Below are positions 38,221 through 51,760 of a stretch of DNA of 64,000 nt, piece by piece. This DNA comes from Raillietiella orientalis (taxonomy: Eukaryota), in assembly GCA_036172245.1 (NCBI GenBank), contig JAYWIR010000003.1:1798001-1862000 (forward strand), in the 5' to 3' direction. A model generated the notes under the pieces. The model had not been told where the DNA came from and ran no database searches. It saw nothing but the letters and a program-made list of their open reading frames with translations. Positions within the stretch are counted from its first letter, which is position 1. Every line of letters begins with the position of its first letter. A program made the translations under genes and the position numbers.

Positions 38221-40420
38221 CTATGATTCCGGGAGACAAAGAGCATCAGCGGCGGCGGGTGCAAGCCGGGTGGGGGCGGCGGCTTCCGGGGAGAGAGGCC
38301 TCGGTGGAGGAGGCGGTGCGCAGGCGCGGAACGCCGCCACCCGGACGGCCGTCTCTGCGCGGCCTCGTCCGCGATTGGACCGCCGCCGGTCCTTCTGCCC
38401 GCCCGCTCCTCTCCCTCCCTCCCTTTTTTGCCTTTTTTTTCCCTTTTTTGTTCCCCCCTTCCGTTCTCTCCCGATCTCCACCCCTCTCTCTCTCATTTTT
38501 CCCCCCCTTCCCCCTTCTTTTATTATTTTTTTTTCCCCCATTTCTCCTACGCTCTATCTCCCCGCCTTCCCGCGGGACGCCTAAAAAGCGGCGCTCTCTC
38601 GCCGGCTCCGGGACGGCCGCCCGCTGATTGGCCGCGGCGCGCGCAGGCGCCTGGCTCCCCCTCTGCTGTGGGAGTGGCCGCTCCTCGCATGTCGCTCCCG
38701 CGCCTGCGTCCCTGCGGGGGCTGCCGACCCTCCTTCCTTGCCCAAAGGAGGGAGAGGGGCAAGGAGGGAGGATGGGAACCTCTGCGCGCGACGACGTTGC
38801 TCTGCAACGGAGGAGGGGGCGAGGAAGGCGGCGCGCACAAGAGGGTCGCGCACTACCCGGAGCTCTCCGCTGGAGAGAGGTGCGGCTGGCTCTCGCTCTC
38901 CCGCTGGCGGTCACTATGGAGACCGGGAAAGCAGGAAGGGATACTGCTGCTGGTGGCGACCGGCTGCGGCCGCGTCCCTCGCCGGCGGCCCCGGCGATCG
39001 ATCGCCCGGCGGCGCGGCAGCTTCTCTCCCAGCGCGCGCAGCATCCGCAGCCGCCCTCGCCTCCTCGGAGGAGCAGGAAAAATCGATACCCCCGCCGTGG
39101 GCGTCCAACGCGCGCTTCTCGCTCCCCTCCCCTTCCCCCTCCCCCTTCCTCCATGGCGACCGGCGGCTACTTGGCGCGAGAGGGGTCGCGGCTCAAGGGC
39201 GTCAGTTGTCTCCGGAGTGGCTGATCCCCGTCGGGGCGCGCGCACCGGAAAAGCGTCGTATCCGGTGTTGCCGAGACCACGTTCCCTATCCGTGCGTTCC
39301 AACGGGCTCACGGAGGCCTGCGAGGCGATGCCCAGTGCTGCGGGGACGCGTGCCCGGCGGTCAGCAGCTCCCGCCTCTGCCTCCTTGGAGGACCGAGGGG
39401 GCAGGGCTCGACCGTGCACCGCAGGACACGTGTCCCGCGGGAAGGGCGGTGAGCTCCCCTCCCGCTCTCAGGGTGTGTGCGCGAGAGAGGAAGAGGCAGG
39501 CTTCTGGCACCCCTGCAAGCCAGGCTGAGGAGGATCAGGGGCTGCCCGCGCGACCCTCGTGGACCTCTCGGGACATCCGGAGGACTCCGCCGCTCCAGTC
39601 GCCGGCTGTGCTGCCGTGCGGCCGGCGCGGTGTCGCCCTGGAAACGGAGGGAAGCAAGGGGGGCCCCTATGCGCCCGTGGGAGTCCTCGAGAGTCGGAGG
39701 ATCCTCTTCTTTCAGCAAAGCGGCCTTGGCCGGCCGAGACACCCTGAGTCCTGTGTCCCTACACGAGCTGCGCGGGTCCGGGAGGTCAGCCACGGGCTGG
39801 AGGATACGCACTTCGTTGCCGGGACGCTCGCGGCGGCGAGGTCAAAACCGCCGGATGCTGCCGTACCCTTCTTCAGCAACACCACAATCCGCTTCCTGGG
39901 CAGGGCTTGGCCGTAGCTCGCGGGTCAGCCGACGGGCCGCGCTGCTTCCCTCTCTCTCGCTGATCCGCGCATAAGCACTCGAGACGGGTCGACAGCGCGC
40001 GCGACTGTCGGACCCGGGCGCAGGGAGGTTCGATGCACCTGATGGCATTGCTCTTCCCCGGAGAGCGCCTCCAAGGCGTCCGGACGACACAGCTTCGGCT
40101 CCTCCCGACTACTCCGGGAAAGCGCCGGCGGCGTCTCGCTGGGAGGTGCGAGGGCGCGGTGCTTCGCCCTAGAGAAAGGGCGTCCGTCGCCCCTGGCGGT
40201 CTGCGGTCGTCTTCAAAACGGCGGAGGCGGGAATCGGGGGGGAGGGTGATGAGGCTAGAGGAGCCCGCGAAGGGCAAGAAAAATCCCGTGTGCGTGCAGC
40301 GGGAGTGGATGTAGGGCGGATATCGTTGCGAGTGCCCTTGAGCCCGACTGCACATGTTCGTCTGCCCCTATCCACTGTCGTTTCCTTCGCGCAAGGGAGC
40401 AATCCATTTTTCCTGAAGGG

Positions 40421-40680
40421 AATGGAGGGGAGCAAGGGAGGAGGAGGAGAAAGGGAGGACAAAAAGCAGAAGAAGAGGATGGAGAAGGGAGGAGAATGGG
40501 GAGGAAGAAGATGAGGAAGGGACGAGAAAGAGGAAAGGAGGAAGAAGAAAGGTGGAGTAAGAAGGGATGATGAAAAGGAGGTAGAGAGATGGAGGAGGGG
40601 GAAGAGGAAGAGGAGAAAGGGTGGAGGAAGGGAAGAGGAGGAAGAAGGGACGAGAGGGAAGAAGGGAGGAGGAGGGAGGT
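40421..40680 (+). repeat. GA-rich polypurine low-complexity tract
   Basis: About 260 bp of almost pure GGA/GAA. Similar tracts lie at 42566-42693 (+) and 46358-46476 (pyrimidine on +). Confidence 0.85.
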
Positions 40681-41159
40681 GGATGCTGGTTTGACGTTCC
40701 GGTTCAACAGCCAAGCAGCGTGCTCCCAGAACCCTTGGCAGCACCCATTCTTCGCACGCACCCGTTTTCTCGGCACTCGCAGCCCGCGCCTCCGAGGCGG
40801 GCGGAGGTTCCCCTGGCAACGAGGACAGTCAGAGGGGAAGGCCGTTCGCTTTGCTCCTGCGAAGGATGGTCCGCTGGAGCAGCTCCCTCGAGGGAGATCA
40901 GACGGCACGCATCATCGAGTGCGGATTACGGGTGTCGGCGTCACCTGCAAGCACCCGACAAAGGACAGCGGCGATTCCGGGCCGCGGCAGGCGCGCCCGC
41001 TGGTTCTGTTGAATCGGAAATGCGCGCTCGCCCCGCGTGACCTTGCCCGCGTCAGAGCCGGGCGTGCGCCGCCGGGGCGGCAGCGCGCGTTCGAATGACG
41101 CGCTCCTAACGGGACAGCGCATTCCTCCGCCCTCGAGTGCGCAGATGCCGACGTCAGTT

Positions 41160-41380
41160 CGGCGTAACCCCTTGGGCTCCCTTTCTCTTCGCAACCGGAG
41201 GGGAACTCCTAAAGGGACCTCTCTCTTCCTTGTTCTCTCCGAAGGGACTCCCCGGAGAGGGTCTATCTTCAAATCCGTCCCGTGCCCCACCCGACGCCAG
41301 CGTCACCCTGAGGTGGGATTCGAACCTGCGACGCTTGGAGCCGCAGTCACACGGCGGTCGCCTGCGAAGCCGCTCGGTGC
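41160..41380 (-). mobile_element. tRNA-headed SINE-like copy in lin-28 intron 1
   Basis: Minus strand CCGAGCGG...GTGACTGCGGCTCCAAGCGTCGCAGGTTCGAATCCCACC (canonical B-box GGTTCGAATCC), followed by GGAGTTCCCCTCCGGT shared with the 24.1 kb copy. Confidence 0.6.
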
Positions 41381-44203
41381 GTTTCGTTCGGTCCGTGGGA
41401 GGGACGCGTGCCGCCCGCGTGTCGCTGGTCCCCATCCCAGTGCGAACTCGATGCTGCTGCTGTCCGCCGCTCAACCGATGTCCGGTGGCTCCCAGCTTCG
41501 CCTGATCTGAGCCGGTCGGAAGGCGGGCGGCCCGCCCTAGCCTTCCCCCACTCGCCGGTCGTGGGGGGCGACGCGAGTCTCACTGGGGGACGCGCGCGCC
41601 CAGCCTCGCTCGTGCGCTCATGCGCGCCGCGCACACCATCGCCGTCCGTAAGAGGCCGGGGGCGGCTCCTCTCGGACGAAACGCGGCTGACGTTTCGCCC
41701 ACTCTTGGCCGCCTCCCAGCCCAGGCGCCTTCGTCCTCCCTTCCGCTCTTTCCCCGCGGCGCACTGGCGCTTCCCTCTCGAGAGGGGAGGTCTCGCTCTC
41801 GCAGCGCCCTCTCCCCGGGTTGCTCTCGGGACCAGAAACGTTAGCATCTGAATCATCCGCCCCCGGAGTCCGGGACTCGAGCCGCCGCTTCGCGCATTTC
41901 GGGTGCGCGAAGGAGGAACTTCCTCCCGGAGCCACGGGGATCGGGCGGCGTTTCCCGGTTCGCCTCGGAAATCCCTCCCTTATTCCACCCCCTGCAGCAT
42001 CCCGGCGACGCGGGATCGGAAATCCACCCGCGGGAGACACGCCCACGTGATCCCTCACTTCTCGTGGGAAGAAGCCGCGAGCTAAATTTGGAAGCGGAGC
42101 GCGAAAGGCGCGCCGGTCGCCTCCGGATGAGGGAGACCCTGTGAGGGAGTCTGCTCCGTGGATCGGGTGTCGGTGCCATCCGTCGGCAAGGAGCCGCTCT
42201 TGACGACGCATCTTCCATAACGGGGGGGGAAAGGGGGAGGAGGGGAGCTTCGAGCTGTCGCATCGGTCGCACGCCCCGACGGAAGACTCCGCTGGGCTCG
42301 GTCACCTCCCTCGGCTTCCGCCCCGAGTGAGTCCCGGCAGTCGCACGAGGAGGAAAGTTGCGGGATATTCCGAAGGGAGGAGGACGGGGGGGGGGGGGGG
42401 TGAACCCGATGTCAGACGCCACAGAGTTCCGCGGGCGATCGCGTGCTCCCTGCACGGGACGCTCGCTCGGGCTCGAAGCGGACATACCTCCTCTCTTTCC
42501 CAGAAGAAATTCCCGACTTCTCCCGGGGAGCTGCGGTCGGGGCAGAGCACCAACTATCCGCCAGCGGGGAGGAGGAGAGGAAGAGAAGGATGGGAAGAGG
42601 AAGAGGAGAAAGGGAAGAACGGAAGAGGATGAAGGGAGGAGGAGAAGCAAGAGTGAAGGAAGAAGAGGAAGGATGGAGGAGGAAGAGGAGAAAGTGCGGG
42701 TCCCGTCTTCCAGCATCCAGTAGCATCTGGATCCCGTTTGTCGTGCGCTCTTCCTCCCCGGGCATCGAGGCGATGTCATACGCATGCAGCAGGTGGCAGA
42801 GGCCGCTGTCGAGCTGGTTCTTAGCGCCTGTCGGCGAAGACGGGACCGTCCGCCCGCGGCCGCCGCCGCCACCGCGATGGCGCAGCCTTCGGCGATGGCG
42901 CATCCAAGGGACAACGACGCTATCAAGGGTGAGCACCATCGGAAGGAGACCTCCGTTCTTTGCAAACGGGCGTTTCCCGGTAAGCGTCCGGTCGGAGGGA
43001 GGTCTGACCCTTCTCTTCTTCGTCCTGGAGTCCCATTTTTTCCCGACCGCGTGCTTCCCCCCCCCCTCCCTCCCCCTCAGAATTTGGCACCGGTGCTCAC
43101 CTTCTCCCTTGGCGTTCCCCGCGACCTCTCGATCACCCCCCCTCCACACCCCCGACATCGTCACATCGCCGACCGGTTGGTCGACAGCCTCGCGGAGGTC
43201 ACGAGGGACAGACAGTCTCGGGTCAGATCCCACGAGACGAACGAGGATGCCGAAAGTGATGCGCGGGTCGGTCCCGATCTGCGAGAGAGAGCGCGCATGG
43301 GTTCCCCGGTTCCATCGGCTTCCGCGAGGTGGAGCACCGGCTCACGGATTCGTCCCGCCCCCTGCGCGCGAAGAAAAAGATCGGAGGGAAGCCCGCGAGC
43401 TACGCGGTGAAGCATCCACTGAAGGGGGATGGAGGGTTCCTGTTCACTCGGAACCCCTCCTGCCCTCTACTTTTCCTCTTCCTTTTGGCGCGCGACGCCC
43501 CAACGCGCAGTCTCCAACAAGAGAGAGCCCGGTCCGTTGCCCTCAGATGAGCATCGTCGTTCGGCACGTCTGGCCTGCGAAGGAGGCGCCAGGACTCGGG
43601 AGGGACGGTGGCTTCCCGGGATAGATCCAAGGGGGACGCTCCGTCGGGACCCGGGAGGCGCCGGGAACAGTTGGGGACAGTCGAACGCTGCAGAGGCAGG
43701 AGGTGAGAGAGGTGAGCCGCCACGATTTCAAAGATGCCAGCCCCCTGCGCACGAAAGCGGTGGGTCCGCGCGTCTAATTTATCGCCGGGTCCCTTCTCTT
43801 CCCCGTTGCCTAGCAACCTCCGCTGCGGGCGTTTCTTCTGATCTCCCCATGTGCGGTGTGCTTAACTTGACAGAGGAAATCTTTCTCTGTCGCCGTGTAA
43901 ATCAGTGCGGCCGTTCCTCTCTTCGAGGTTCTCCCTGTGCAAGATGGAAGCGCGGGCAGAAGGAGTCGCCATGGCAGCAGCCATCCGCCGCCGCCGCCGC
44001 CGCCGCCGCCGTCGAAACCGCGCGCGCGAGGAAACGAGGGTTCCGCCGCTGCTGCAGGCCGGGCCGCGGAGGACCGGAGGCGTAGGCAAAGCTCCGGCAA
44101 CCGAGCCCGGGAAAGCCGCCGGAGGCGATCGAAGCCGTACCGCACGCGCACGACTGCGGGAAGAGCGTCGAGCTGCTCGAAGGGATGATGGTGGTGCACT
44201 CAC

Positions 44204-44261
44204 CGTTCTGTCGGCACGGCCCTTCGATCCTCCTTTCAGCAGCGTCCTTCTCGTCGGTCAT
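44204..44261 (-). CDS. lin-28: Candidate lin-28 first coding exon (MTDEKDAAERRIEGPCRQN G)
   Basis: The ATG at 44261 and a consensus donor G|GTGAGT in phase 1 match the phase-1 acceptor at 38220, giving a 207-aa protein. No sequence homology supports this exon directly. Confidence 0.55.
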
Positions 44262-47200
44262 CTTCCTTTCCCGAAGAGAGGGGTCCGACGAGGAAGGCAG
44301 GCGGAGCTTCACGGGATCGGGTGAAACCGGGAGGACGGGGGGAGGAACGTATCGCAGGAGGCGAGACGACGAGAGAGGAACCTTCACGCACGGTGCGACC
44401 TCGCAACGGGGTCAACTCGACGGATCGCCTGGGCACGAGAGCTGCCGCCGCCTCCGCGCGCGCACATTTTTTCCCTGCGATCTGCGATCCGAGTTATCGG
44501 ATGCGTCGCCCCTTCTCCTTGGCGCATGCGCGGAGAGGCTGGGAAGCCCCGGCTGCGCTCGCGGAGACGGTGCGAAAATGAATGTGACCTTTCGTCCCCG
44601 CGCTGCCTTTTCCCGGCTCATCTCGCAGAAGGTTTTTTTTTTTTCCTCCCCCTCTCTTCTTCCTCTTCTCGGAAAGCGAGGAGGATGCTCCGGGCTCCCA
44701 CTTTCTGCCTCCTCCCACGCGCGGAAATTTTTTTTCTCCTCCCCTCTTCTTCCTTCCTTCCTTTCTTCTTCCCTCTTCCATCCTCCCTCTTCGCTTTTAG
44801 CCACGGCGTCCAGAGGGATGGCAAGCACGCGGGACGCGCCCTCCCTACGTGTCTCCCGGCCGTGCGGAGGCAGGCAGGTGACTCCCGACGCCGCCTGAGG
44901 CACACGCGAGGTGGAGCGTTTCCGAGGAAGAGAAACTTCGAGGATTTTCCAGGCGGCTTCCCGATCCGGGACGGACCCCCCGCGGGAAGTCAAGTCGGAG
45001 AGCCTGAGGCGTCCTGGACCGAAACCTGACCGAAACTATGCATCTTCCTAGGGAAGGGGAATGCTGAGTCGTGCGCTCAATCCCTGGCCGTTCACCTTCG
45101 CAGGGTCACGGGGTCATCCGAAGGACATGCGAAAGGCTTCCTTCAGCGGGCAGTTTCCTTCCTCGCTAGGACCAAACTGATCCCAGGCTGCGCGCACGTG
45201 AGTGAGGCGCGTCCCGCAGCGCCTGACAACCGAACGGCAGCTGGGGAATCGGAAAAACTCCCCAGGAACGAAGAAAATGGAGTCAGCGGAGCGACATTCA
45301 TCTCCCGGCAATGGAGCAGAGGTGGCGCACTCGGACGATCCGCCCCCTGAGCGTGGGTCCCCGGATCCTCCAACTCGGTCGCCAGTGAATAGCCAGTACG
45401 GGTCTCTTCGGTCGCGTGCCTTCCCTAAAGGACCCCACGCGGACCCCGGGGAGCTGCTTCCTTGACGCTTCGAGAGACCCTTCGGGGACTGTCGGGTGAA
45501 GATGACCCTGCGTCCGAGGGTGTCCGGCAGTCGCGGGGACCGCAAGCTGCGGCGCGTTGGCCTGCAGCAGGGTCCCGGGGACGGAGCTGAGAATTTCCAC
45601 CCGCCCCCACCCCTCTCGGGCAAGGAGTGGCAGGGACGGTCCCCGTTCCGGCGCAGATTCCGCCGGGCAGGCAGGGACGTCTACTCCGCGCTCGCAGCCT
45701 CCTGGTCCATCCAATGATGCCTCGGGACGGCCGCCTATCGATCGAGGGGAGTTTCTTCCGGCGCGCCGCCGCGGAGGATCGCAGCAGCCGCGGGGAGGAC
45801 GCGGCGCCGCCCGGTCCGCTCGTCTTCCCCGCGCGGCGTTCCTGGAAACTCCAATGAACTGGCAGGGAACAAACATGGCGGCAGCCACTCGCCTGCCGTT
45901 CCGGCGAAGTCCGCCTCGCCCCTGCCCGTTCCGGGCGGATCCTGCCTCCCTCCTGCGCTACCGAGCGAGCGAGCGCTCTCATAAAAGAAGATGCTCCTCT
46001 CCTGCCTGCCCTCTCCCTGGAAAAGTCCTTTTCCCGTCGGGGAGAAGGGGGAGCGAACGGGGAGAGCGATCGATACTCCCAGATGGACAGGTGAGGAGGA
46101 GGGCTGGCGCCAGGCGTCACTGCGGGAGTGGAGGCCGATCACGCCAGCTCCCGGCTTCCGCCGGGCCACGGAAAGAGGGAGCACGACGGCGGCCCCTTCC
46201 AGAGAGGGCGCGAAAGGGCCCGCTCTCCGCGGGTGGAACACTGCAGTGCCCCCTTCGCCTGTCAGCGACCGTGTTCCCCGTTTCCCTCCCGCCTTTCCGG
46301 TGAAAAACAGAGGGGGAGGGAAAGGGAGAAGGCCGAGGTCTTCCTTTCCGAGCGATTCTTCCTCCTCTTCCCTTCTTCCTTCTACCTCTTCATTTCCTCC
46401 TCACTTCCTCCTCCTTCTCTTCTTCCCTTCTTCCTCTTCTTCTTCCAACTTTTCATCCTCCTCCTCCTCCTCTTCTTTGTGTGAGGGGAAAAATTCAGTC
46501 GGCTGCTGATGGTGATGCTGCGCCACACTGGGAGTCATCGAGAGAGGCAGGATCGGAGGAGGGGAGGGAAGGAACAAAAGGATTTTTCCGTCATCCCGGA
46601 TTTCTTCGACGAGGTCCCGAAACATCTGTTATGCCGAATGTCCCTCCCGTCCGCAGTCGCAGAAACTCCGCGCCCGTTCGCGCGCACAATGGGGCGGGTC
46701 GCCCTGCCGTCCCTCACAATGGGGCGGGCCGCCCGCCGTCGCCGGAAAGCCGCCCTTTTGTTCTCCCCCTTCGTTCAGGCACGCGCGCTCGCTCGCTCGC
46801 CCGCGGTCAGCTTTCCCGGGAGTCTTCCCTCGGCTGCTCTCCCGTGCCTCCCACGCATTTAGCCGTGCGCGTGCTCCCGGCGCACCGCCCGGGGGTCATG
46901 AGCCCACCTCCTGCTCTGACACTTTGGGTGCCGCTACGCACGGGCAGGGCAGCGGATATTCCGTTCCCGTGGCGCCCGCTCGCCATCCCCGTTCTCTGCA
47001 GCGGGACGTCTCGGGAGAAGAGCAGGGATACGGGAAGCGGTCGGCGGGGTTTCGTGGAGTAACAGCGGGCCGGCCCTCGGCTCGAAGGGCACTCGCTGAC
47101 GTGGTACCTGCACGCCTCCTGGCTTTCGCCAACCATGGGGCTGGCCCTGGGGATGCTTAAGACCGGGAGGAGGCGCTTCCTTCCGAGGCCACGCTCGACC

Positions 47201-49499
47201 GGACGGTTGCGTCGCTTCGTCCGCTCGGCTTCCTGGCGGCGACCGGGGGCGGGGGACATCTCCCTCTCTTCTCCCCGATGCCGCCGCTGCGACCTCTTGG
47301 ATAAGAGGGCGGCTCCTGTCTGGAGCTGGTGAGCGCCTCGAGCGTTCCCAGGAAGAGGGAGGGGCGCCGACCGCGTGATCGCTTTCCCGGAGGGGAGAGC
47401 CACGGCTGCCTCTCCCGCGCCTCTCGCCGCCCTCGGTTACCCCTGGAGACTCTCCTTCCTTACCTCGGGGCGGCGACGTTGCGGCGGCAGAGAGCACGCT
47501 CGCCGCCTCGGACGAGCTTCGCAGCCCGTGTGCACTCTCGGGGTAGGGGTGGTGGACCGGAGTCCACTCCGAAGCGCGCACGCTCGTCGGAGTCGCGGCG
47601 GTCGACGTGGGCCGAGCACCGGGGCGCCTGCTGCTTAGTTCTGCGATCAGCAGCTTTCGTTTTCGGCGGTCGAAGATCTCAGCGGAAGTGTCTCGCCCTC
47701 CGTCGCCAGTCGTGCGCTCACCGGGTCTGGCACCCCTGCTTTGGTGATTCTGCACCGTTGCTTGGGGAATTCCTCTTTGTGCGAAACCACCAGCGTGTGC
47801 GGTTGAACGCATGCTGGTTGCCTTTGGCCGACCCTTGCTGCTGTTGCTGCTGTTAGCGAAGCGCGGATTCTTCCCCTCCTCCGTCGTCATGGAGACCCGA
47901 AGCCATGCTGCTGCTATGGTCTCGGCCATTCCCGGAGATCCGGCGATGGGACTCGATGAGCGCTCACACGCTTCGCGCTGGCGCCCTCGTCGCCTGAGCT
48001 GACCAGCCCCGTCTTATGTCCTGCTCCTCCTCCCGCAGGCGAGCGTCCCTGTGGGAACTGCGGCGCACCAGAGACTCTGAAAGCAAATCAGGTTGACTCT
48101 CCCCGAGGTCTCCTTGAAAAGGGTGGTTAACGTGAGCCAGAAGGCGCCCGCCCTGCTCCCGGTCCGAAGAAGCTCATCGCTCCATCACCTCCGTCCTCCG
48201 GAAATCGCCCGCAACTCGTCGTCGCCGCCTCTTCGGGAAGCGCCCCGCGGCCTCCAGGAAACGGGAAAAAGGGGGAGCGAACGGGTTCCCTCGGCTCGTG
48301 ACTAGCAATGCTCCCCGGACTCTTTCGGCAAGAACACGGGGAAGTCTGCTAGACGAGCGTCAGACCTTCACTCCTGTGGACCTTGCTAGAGACCGGCATC
48401 CCCGGCTCGGACGGCGCTTTCCGCCGAGTGCGAAAGAGCTGGACGACGTGAAAGCAGCAGCTGGGGAAGAGTGCCGAGCGTTCCGGTCTGCGGTTGCAGC
48501 CCCGCCCGATGTTTTTGACCTTCGCCATCTGTGCCTTCTGGCTCAAGAGACACGTTCATCCACCGGCGAGACAGAAAAATACACACACTCGTCCTTCAAG
48601 GATGCGGGGTTCCTGAAGTCGCTGCTTCCTTCTGCCCCGACCACCACCGGGGCTGGCTCCTGAACTCGGTCTCCAGAACAACGGTTGGCGGCATTTGCAA
48701 AAGGAGCTGCTGCGCGTGCCAACCCCGCTCGATAGCTTCCGATCGACGCCGCCATGGTGCGGGAGGGAACCACCGCTCGGGAGGCGCGCCACTGGCGTCG
48801 CTCTCCCGAGATACCCCTCAAAAGCACTTCCGGGAAACCCGACCGGAAGTCTTTCCCGAATGGAAAAGCAAGCGGCGATCAGGAAATTTCCCAGCACGTA
48901 CCGCGACAACAAGGGGGCATCACCCATTAATCACAAGCAGTCAGTCATCAATCAGACGCCAATCTCGCCCCACCCACATGATTTTCAGAAGCCCAGTTCT
49001 TACACTAGCTGCAAAAAGAAACACCCAGAGGTGCATTCTACTGGCGACATGGTCATTTAATGTGAATTTCCCTTACCGTGTCTCAGAATGCTGCTAGCAA
49101 TGTAGACGTGTAAGTCGTTCTCATGAATCCGTGGCTGCGACGAGACCCCAGAGGTTCCGAGTCGAGCACCGGTGACGTTAGCCAAGTCCCCGCTGGTCCT
49201 CGGGCGTGCCTCCTCGCTTCGCTTTTGTTTTTTTCACCGGGTTTTGCTGGGGCATTTATTATTAAAAAAATAATAGGGAAGAATACAGTTGTAATAAAAA
49301 GCCATTCGGTGGTGAACCAAGTGTTCTACCGAATTGCTTTTTATTACGGTTCCACCGCGTGCAATGAACCTGCCAAAAACAGAAACGCAGACAGGCGAGG
49401 TCCACTTCGTCAGCCAAGGGGAAGAACGGAAAACCGAAAGCAAAAATAAACAAACAAAAAAGGGAGATAGAGTCTCACTCGGGAAGGAAGAGAGGGGGG

Positions 49500-51420
49500 G
49501 GGGGACCGAGGAAGGGATCACCGCTCGCTGCGTGGCGTCCTCTGCATCCTACCCAGGACAGTGCTGGCAAGTTCGGTCTTTATGTTGCCTGGATTTCGTG
49601 GAGGTCTTCAGGAAGATCCGCGTTCAGTAGATGGCGTTCCTGCCATCTCGGCCTTTTCTTCCCGCGTTCCTGGCCGCCGTGATCCCGAGGAGACAGCAGC
49701 AAGAGCACTGCGAGAGACGTGGCTGGCCACAGTGAGGCAACGCTCACGAAGAGGCGTCTGAAAATTTCCCTGGCCTACCTAGGATCGTCGCGAGGCGACT
49801 CCAAAGGGGTCGGAGGGCAGGGCAGTTCAACAGCAGGTGCGGGAGGGTCTCGTCCTCCCCACACCTGTCCCACTCAGCGCCCACCCTCCCTCGTGTCCAG
49901 TGGTGAAGGCGCGCTTCTCACGGGATTCCCCCATGCAACACCAGCAACGCCGACTCCCTCCACTTGAAGGGGAGCGTCGCTGTTCCACTCTGGGGGCCAC
50001 TTCACCTCTTCCGGAAGAATGTCGAGCAACTCTCCCCAGCGCTGGAATCCTTGGGGGTGGGACACTCTGGATCGCAGCTTCCGTGATCTCCCGAGTTGCC
50101 CACGAGACCAGAAGTTTCCTTTTGGCTGCAGTACAGCACGTCACTTCCCGCCTTGCTGGGATGAGCTGCTCCTTCCTTCCCTAAAGGAGGGCAGCACTGA
50201 GGCAGCAAGGATAGGCGAAGTGCGCAGCATCTTCCGCGGGTCGCACACGATCTCCCTTAGCAACTGTCGAGAGTTACTTCCTCGTCGCAGGCATGCTCAC
50301 TACGCCTCGCTCGAGCCGCGGATCTTTCTCCATGACTCCTGCAGCTAGGCAGTGCAGTTCGCGAGGAAGGCAGGAGATCCAGACTGTCCTCCTCCAAGGC
50401 AACCATCTTCCAAAGTTGATGGCCACGATGCCTCAAACTCGCCCCGTTGGCAACACGATGTGAGGTCCTGACGGCCGGCTGCTCGCTGGCGCGCGCCAAG
50501 GCGTGGTCCGTAACTTCGCCGCGAGGGCGAGTCTTCTGAGTTGGAGCTGGCACTCTCCATCCGCTCCAGAGTAAGGAGGAGGGCCCAGCTCACCATCCCT
50601 ACGCGTTTTGCTTTCCATTGGACGGAGCAACATTTGGCAATCCTAGCGTCCCGGAACATCTCCCTTTGTTTCTGCGCAGCCTGGGTCTCCCGTGGCAGCC
50701 TCAGTCGGCACCCACCGCCTTCGCGAGCGAAGAAGACCAGCGAGCCGATCCCAGAATTGCCGGCAGCAACTGCTCCAGCACTCTTTCCGCAACAGCCTGC
50801 TCTCTCCAGGAGGCCGTCGAACATCCTACCACTTGCGTGCCTGGGAGGAAGGAACCTCCTCCCCTTGCACTGCGGAGCTGCCCTCCCTGAGGGAGGAGCG
50901 CATTGGCGGATCTAAGTGGAGGACTCTCGGTGGTTGGACCACGGATCAGTGAGTAACTCTGAGATCCCCGAGTGCTGGACCGTTTCCCATCCCAGTCATT
51001 CAACGGGGGCATTCGGTTTCCGGTTTCCACCAGTGCCGAAATGTGTTGCCCTCCAGCCCCTTTGGGGACGCTTGGCCACGACTCTTGGGGCCCCGGGCGG
51101 CAACGCCAGAGACGTTTTGAAGCGCCTCTTCTTGCGCGACGCCCTCACGCCGGCCGCATCCCCAGCAGCACTTTGCTGCCCACGCGACGGTATGGAGCAG
51201 TGGCTGTATGGAGCAGCGTCAGAGGAGGCCAGGACGACAGGGACGCCATCTACTTTGCTGCCCTCTTCATGAGGACAGCGTCAAGATGGCTCCATCTGGG
51301 AGTCTTGAAATACGAACTTGCAAGCATCCTTACAAGGATTCAGAGGACACCTTCCAGCACACAGCGATCCCTTCCTGAGCGCCCCCATTTTTTGACTGTA
51401 TGTCTTTTGTGTTAGTTTTT
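49500..51420 (+). mobile_element. Degenerate, apparently internally deleted L1/Tx1-like element (endonuclease-like region joined to C-terminus)
   Basis: Decayed APE-like stretch ending 'GGAHWRI', followed directly by 'KCVALQPLWGRLATTL...NARDVLKRLF...AALCC', homologous to 'DCGVLQGLWRRLASAL...TARILIRRFF...ATICC'. No RT motifs lie in between. Confidence 0.55.
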
Positions 51421-51727
51421 TTTCTTTTGTTTGTCTCCCCTTCTCCTGTGCTGCCGAGGCGAACCCCGCTGGCCTGCGTGCCAGTTGCCGAGAGGTTCCT
51501 TCTCGTAGTTACAAGTAACGTGGCAGGATCAAACGTCCTGACACAGACGGTTATTTTTTATAGATAAACGCCCCGGCGTGACCGGTTGTCAACCAGTGCC
51601 GCACCTGAATAGTGCAACCGGCGTCATCATGCGGGAGGAGGGACTCGAAACCCATCGCGCAGACCCGATTTCTAGGTGTCGATCTTTCCCCCACCGGGCG
51701 AGATCCGAACCCACGACGCTTGGTACC
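51096..51727 (+). repeat. Left arm of 632-bp near-perfect inverted repeat
   Basis: Reverse complement of 58967-59598, with about 7 mismatches by eye. Confidence 0.95.
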
Positions 51728-51760
51728 TTCCATGAGCGGAGACCGCAGCCATACGACCTC
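51551..51760 (-). mobile_element. tRNA-headed SINE-like copy with A-rich tail
   Basis: Mirror of the 58930-59143 copy: GGTACCAAGCGTCGTGGGTTCGGATC...TATAAAAAATAA. Confidence 0.55.

Noticed and set aside
41300..41380. Functional tRNA gene
   Set aside because: A B-box is present, but acceptor and anticodon stems do not pair. Better explained as a SINE head.
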